A stretch of DNA of 64,000 nucleotides. It comes from Raillietiella orientalis (lineage: Eukaryota). Within the stretch, counting starts at the first letter, position 1; every line of letters begins with the position of its first letter. The notes beneath the pieces are model-generated. The model was not told where the DNA came from, ran no database searches, and worked only from the letters and a program-made list of their open reading frames with translations. This document shows positions 61,958 to 64,000 of the stretch, in pieces. The translations under genes were made by a program, and so were the position numbers. Where the stretch lies: NCBI GenBank assembly GCA_036172245.1, contig JAYWIR010000024.1, forward strand, positions 1,798,001 to 1,862,000. The letters are read 5' to 3'.

Positions 61958-62790
61958 TGGCGACGGTGATCGAAAGCGGCTACGGTGATTGGCGGTGGTG
62001 GCTGTGACCACGGTAGCCGTGGTGGTGGTGGTGCTCGTGATCGATGGTTAATGTCTGAGATGGTGACGGCGGATATGACGATGACGAGGGTGAGGGACGA
62101 GAGGGGCGGTGGTGTTTATGTTGATGGTGATCGATGGTCGATGGGTGATGATGACAATTACGACCACCATAACGAGATGATGATGATGACGACGAGAGTG
62201 ACAGTGATGGTGGTGATGATACTGACGATGATGGTGTTGGTGGTAGTGGTCGTTCTGGTTGTGGCAGATTGATGGTTCCAACGATGAAGATGACGACGAC
62301 GAAGGTGACAGTGGCGGTGGTGCCTGCTCGTGATCAATGGTTAGTGACTGATGACAACGATGGATATGAGGATGACGACGATGACCATAAGACATGAGAT
62401 GATCAGAAGGAGGGTGACAGTGATGGCGGTGGTGCTGACCAATGATGGTGACGGCTGTGGTGGTTGTTCAAGCCGTGATCGATAATTGATGACACCGACG
62501 ATATGATAATGGTGATTGCAGTGGTAATTGCGCTGGTCGGGATCGATGGTTAACGACTGCGATGGCGACAGTGGGTATGATGATGTCGATAGAGGCGGTG
62601 GTGTTTGTGTTGCTGTTAGCGACGATATGATGATGCGGACCAAGACGACTACCATGACAACATGAGGATGATGTTGACAATGACAGCAGTGGTGATAGTG
62701 GTGGTGGTAATACTGACCAGTGATGGTGACGGCTGTTGTGGTTGTGTCGATCATGACCGATGGTCAGTGGCTGTGATGACGGCGGTTGGA
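61958..62790. repeat. Complex (GAT/GGT/GAC)n satellite with higher-order units
   Basis: Trinucleotide-based low complexity with recurring landmarks GTGATCGATGGT, GACCAT.A and CTGACCA.TGATGGTGACGGCTGT. Confidence 0.9.
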
Positions 62791-63189
62791 TGCAAGTATG
62801 GCGGCTAATGAGATGTTTGTGACGTTTCATGGTACAAGGAGGGATGCCTCCTCCCCCGCCAGTTCAGCCAGCTCCAACTCTTCCCCTCCCACAGTGTGTG
62901 CAGCTCTTCTCTTTGTTCCGGTAGAGGTTCGACTGCTCCCACAGGGGGCATCTCCCGTTCTTCCTCATCAAAATCGTCCAGTGCCCGCAACACCTCCTCC
63001 AGGACTGCAGATGCACGAGGGCATCTCCCGTCGCCACGAACGTCGTCTCCACTCAGAGGAGAGGGACGCCTGCTACTGAGACGGTCGTCGTCATCTGCGC
63101 GTCAGCGAAGATCTCGATCGCTCGGAGGCTCCGAGCAGGCTGACCCGCGCTGCAAGACAAATGAAATGTCGCCGCGCGTCGACTTTCCG

Positions 63190-63780
63190 TGACCCGGGAA
63201 CGCCTCAAGCTACGTTCCGGTGTGCGACCACTCTCAGAGACCATCGTTTGGGAATCGTCAAATTTCGCTTTTCTGTGCCAATGCAGCAATCGAAGAGTTG
63301 CGCACGGGTGCGTGAAAGACGCAGCATTCCCCGTCAAACGGTTTGCGGTCGCCATCTTGAAGCGACCATGCCGATGCCACTGCCGTGCCACCAGGGCGCC
63401 CCTGGCAATGGCCATTCTCTCTGGATGCTGCAGTATCCATGACGGCAATGTTTCGAACGTTAAGTGGGAGGACACCAGGGTGGCGCAGGAAAAGGAGGGT
63501 GCTTATCGTTGTTCCTTCTTGTCCACTAGAACGACCACTCCTCAGGCCAGCGTGAACAGCGACTGTCCTGCGGTTCCTCCGCTTGCCCTTTCCGGGGAAC
63601 CGGGGATGCTGAAGGACGCGAGTCGAGCAGTTTGCTCTTCGCTTGGCAGAGCCCCCCGAGCCGACGCGGTAATCTTCCCCGATGGCTGGAGGAGGCTCCG
63701 TTGTGTCCGTCCTGGGTGCCAACAAGGGGCTCGCAAGCGCTCGGGGCCGACTGCCGCGTTCCCAAAAACGTCCCCAAAGT
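63190..63780 (+). mobile_element. Decayed ORF2 thumb-to-zf region
   Basis: LRDHRLGIVKFR (PxxxGGLGIxDF-like) and WRRLR...AAFP. Confidence 0.3.
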
Positions 63781-63781
63781 A

Positions 63782-63831
63782 TTAAATAAATCAGTCGGGA
63801 ACACTGGCGTGTTCACGACTGATTTATTTAA
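63782..63831. repeat. 50-nt hairpin (23-bp stem, one mismatch, 4-nt loop) beginning and ending with TTAA
   Basis: TTAAATAAATCAGTCG-G-GAACAC-TGGC-GTGTTC-A-CGACTGATTTATTTAA. Confidence 0.92.
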
Positions 63832-64000
63832 GACTTCCCAATCGAAGACAAAAGGGGAGAGTCTCCCGACACATAGGTCAGGACAAGTTGAGAATGGGTG
63901 GGAGGCGACAAGAAATAAATAAGGGGTGGGTGGGGATAGGGGTTACCGGTGTCGATCGTTCCTTCCTTTTCGAGCTGGCGCTGGATGCAGGCAGCGGAGG

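Noticed and set aside
62048..62830. His-rich minus-strand ORFs
   Set aside because: Translation of a (CAT/CAC)n satellite, with stops between segments.
1..64000. CRISPR arrays, rRNA, prokaryotic operons, LTR pairs
   Set aside because: No regularly spaced repeat-spacer units or rRNA motifs. The 17.7 and 56.2 kb direct repeats flank a host gene and no gag/pol, so they are not LTRs.

Overview
Eukaryotic (invertebrate, ecdysozoan-like by inference) genomic DNA. The centre holds one clearly recognisable spliced plus-strand gene, lin-10/X11/Mint (APBA family). It has a long low-complexity N-terminus, a CASK-binding-like segment, a PTB domain and two PDZ domains. I could assemble it by hand into 13 phase-consistent GT-AG coding exons (28978-43329, 3411 nt, 1136 aa). 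The GC-rich flanks (~1-20 kb and ~47-64 kb) carry no convincing intact genes. They are densely packed with decayed fragments of L1/Tx1-like non-LTR retrotransposons (ORF1 RRM/zinc-knuckle, APE, RT and zf-RVT remnants) in both orientations. A tRNA-headed SINE-like repeat occurs four times. Two copies are empty and two carry the same ~708-nt antisense LINE 3'-end at the same site. The insert is near-identical between copies while the host repeats are much more diverged, which suggests a homing-like or gene-conversion spread. There are also three near-perfect short palindromes (one bounded by TTAA) and two degenerate trinucleotide-based satellites. All homology calls are by-eye motif recognition, not database searches.
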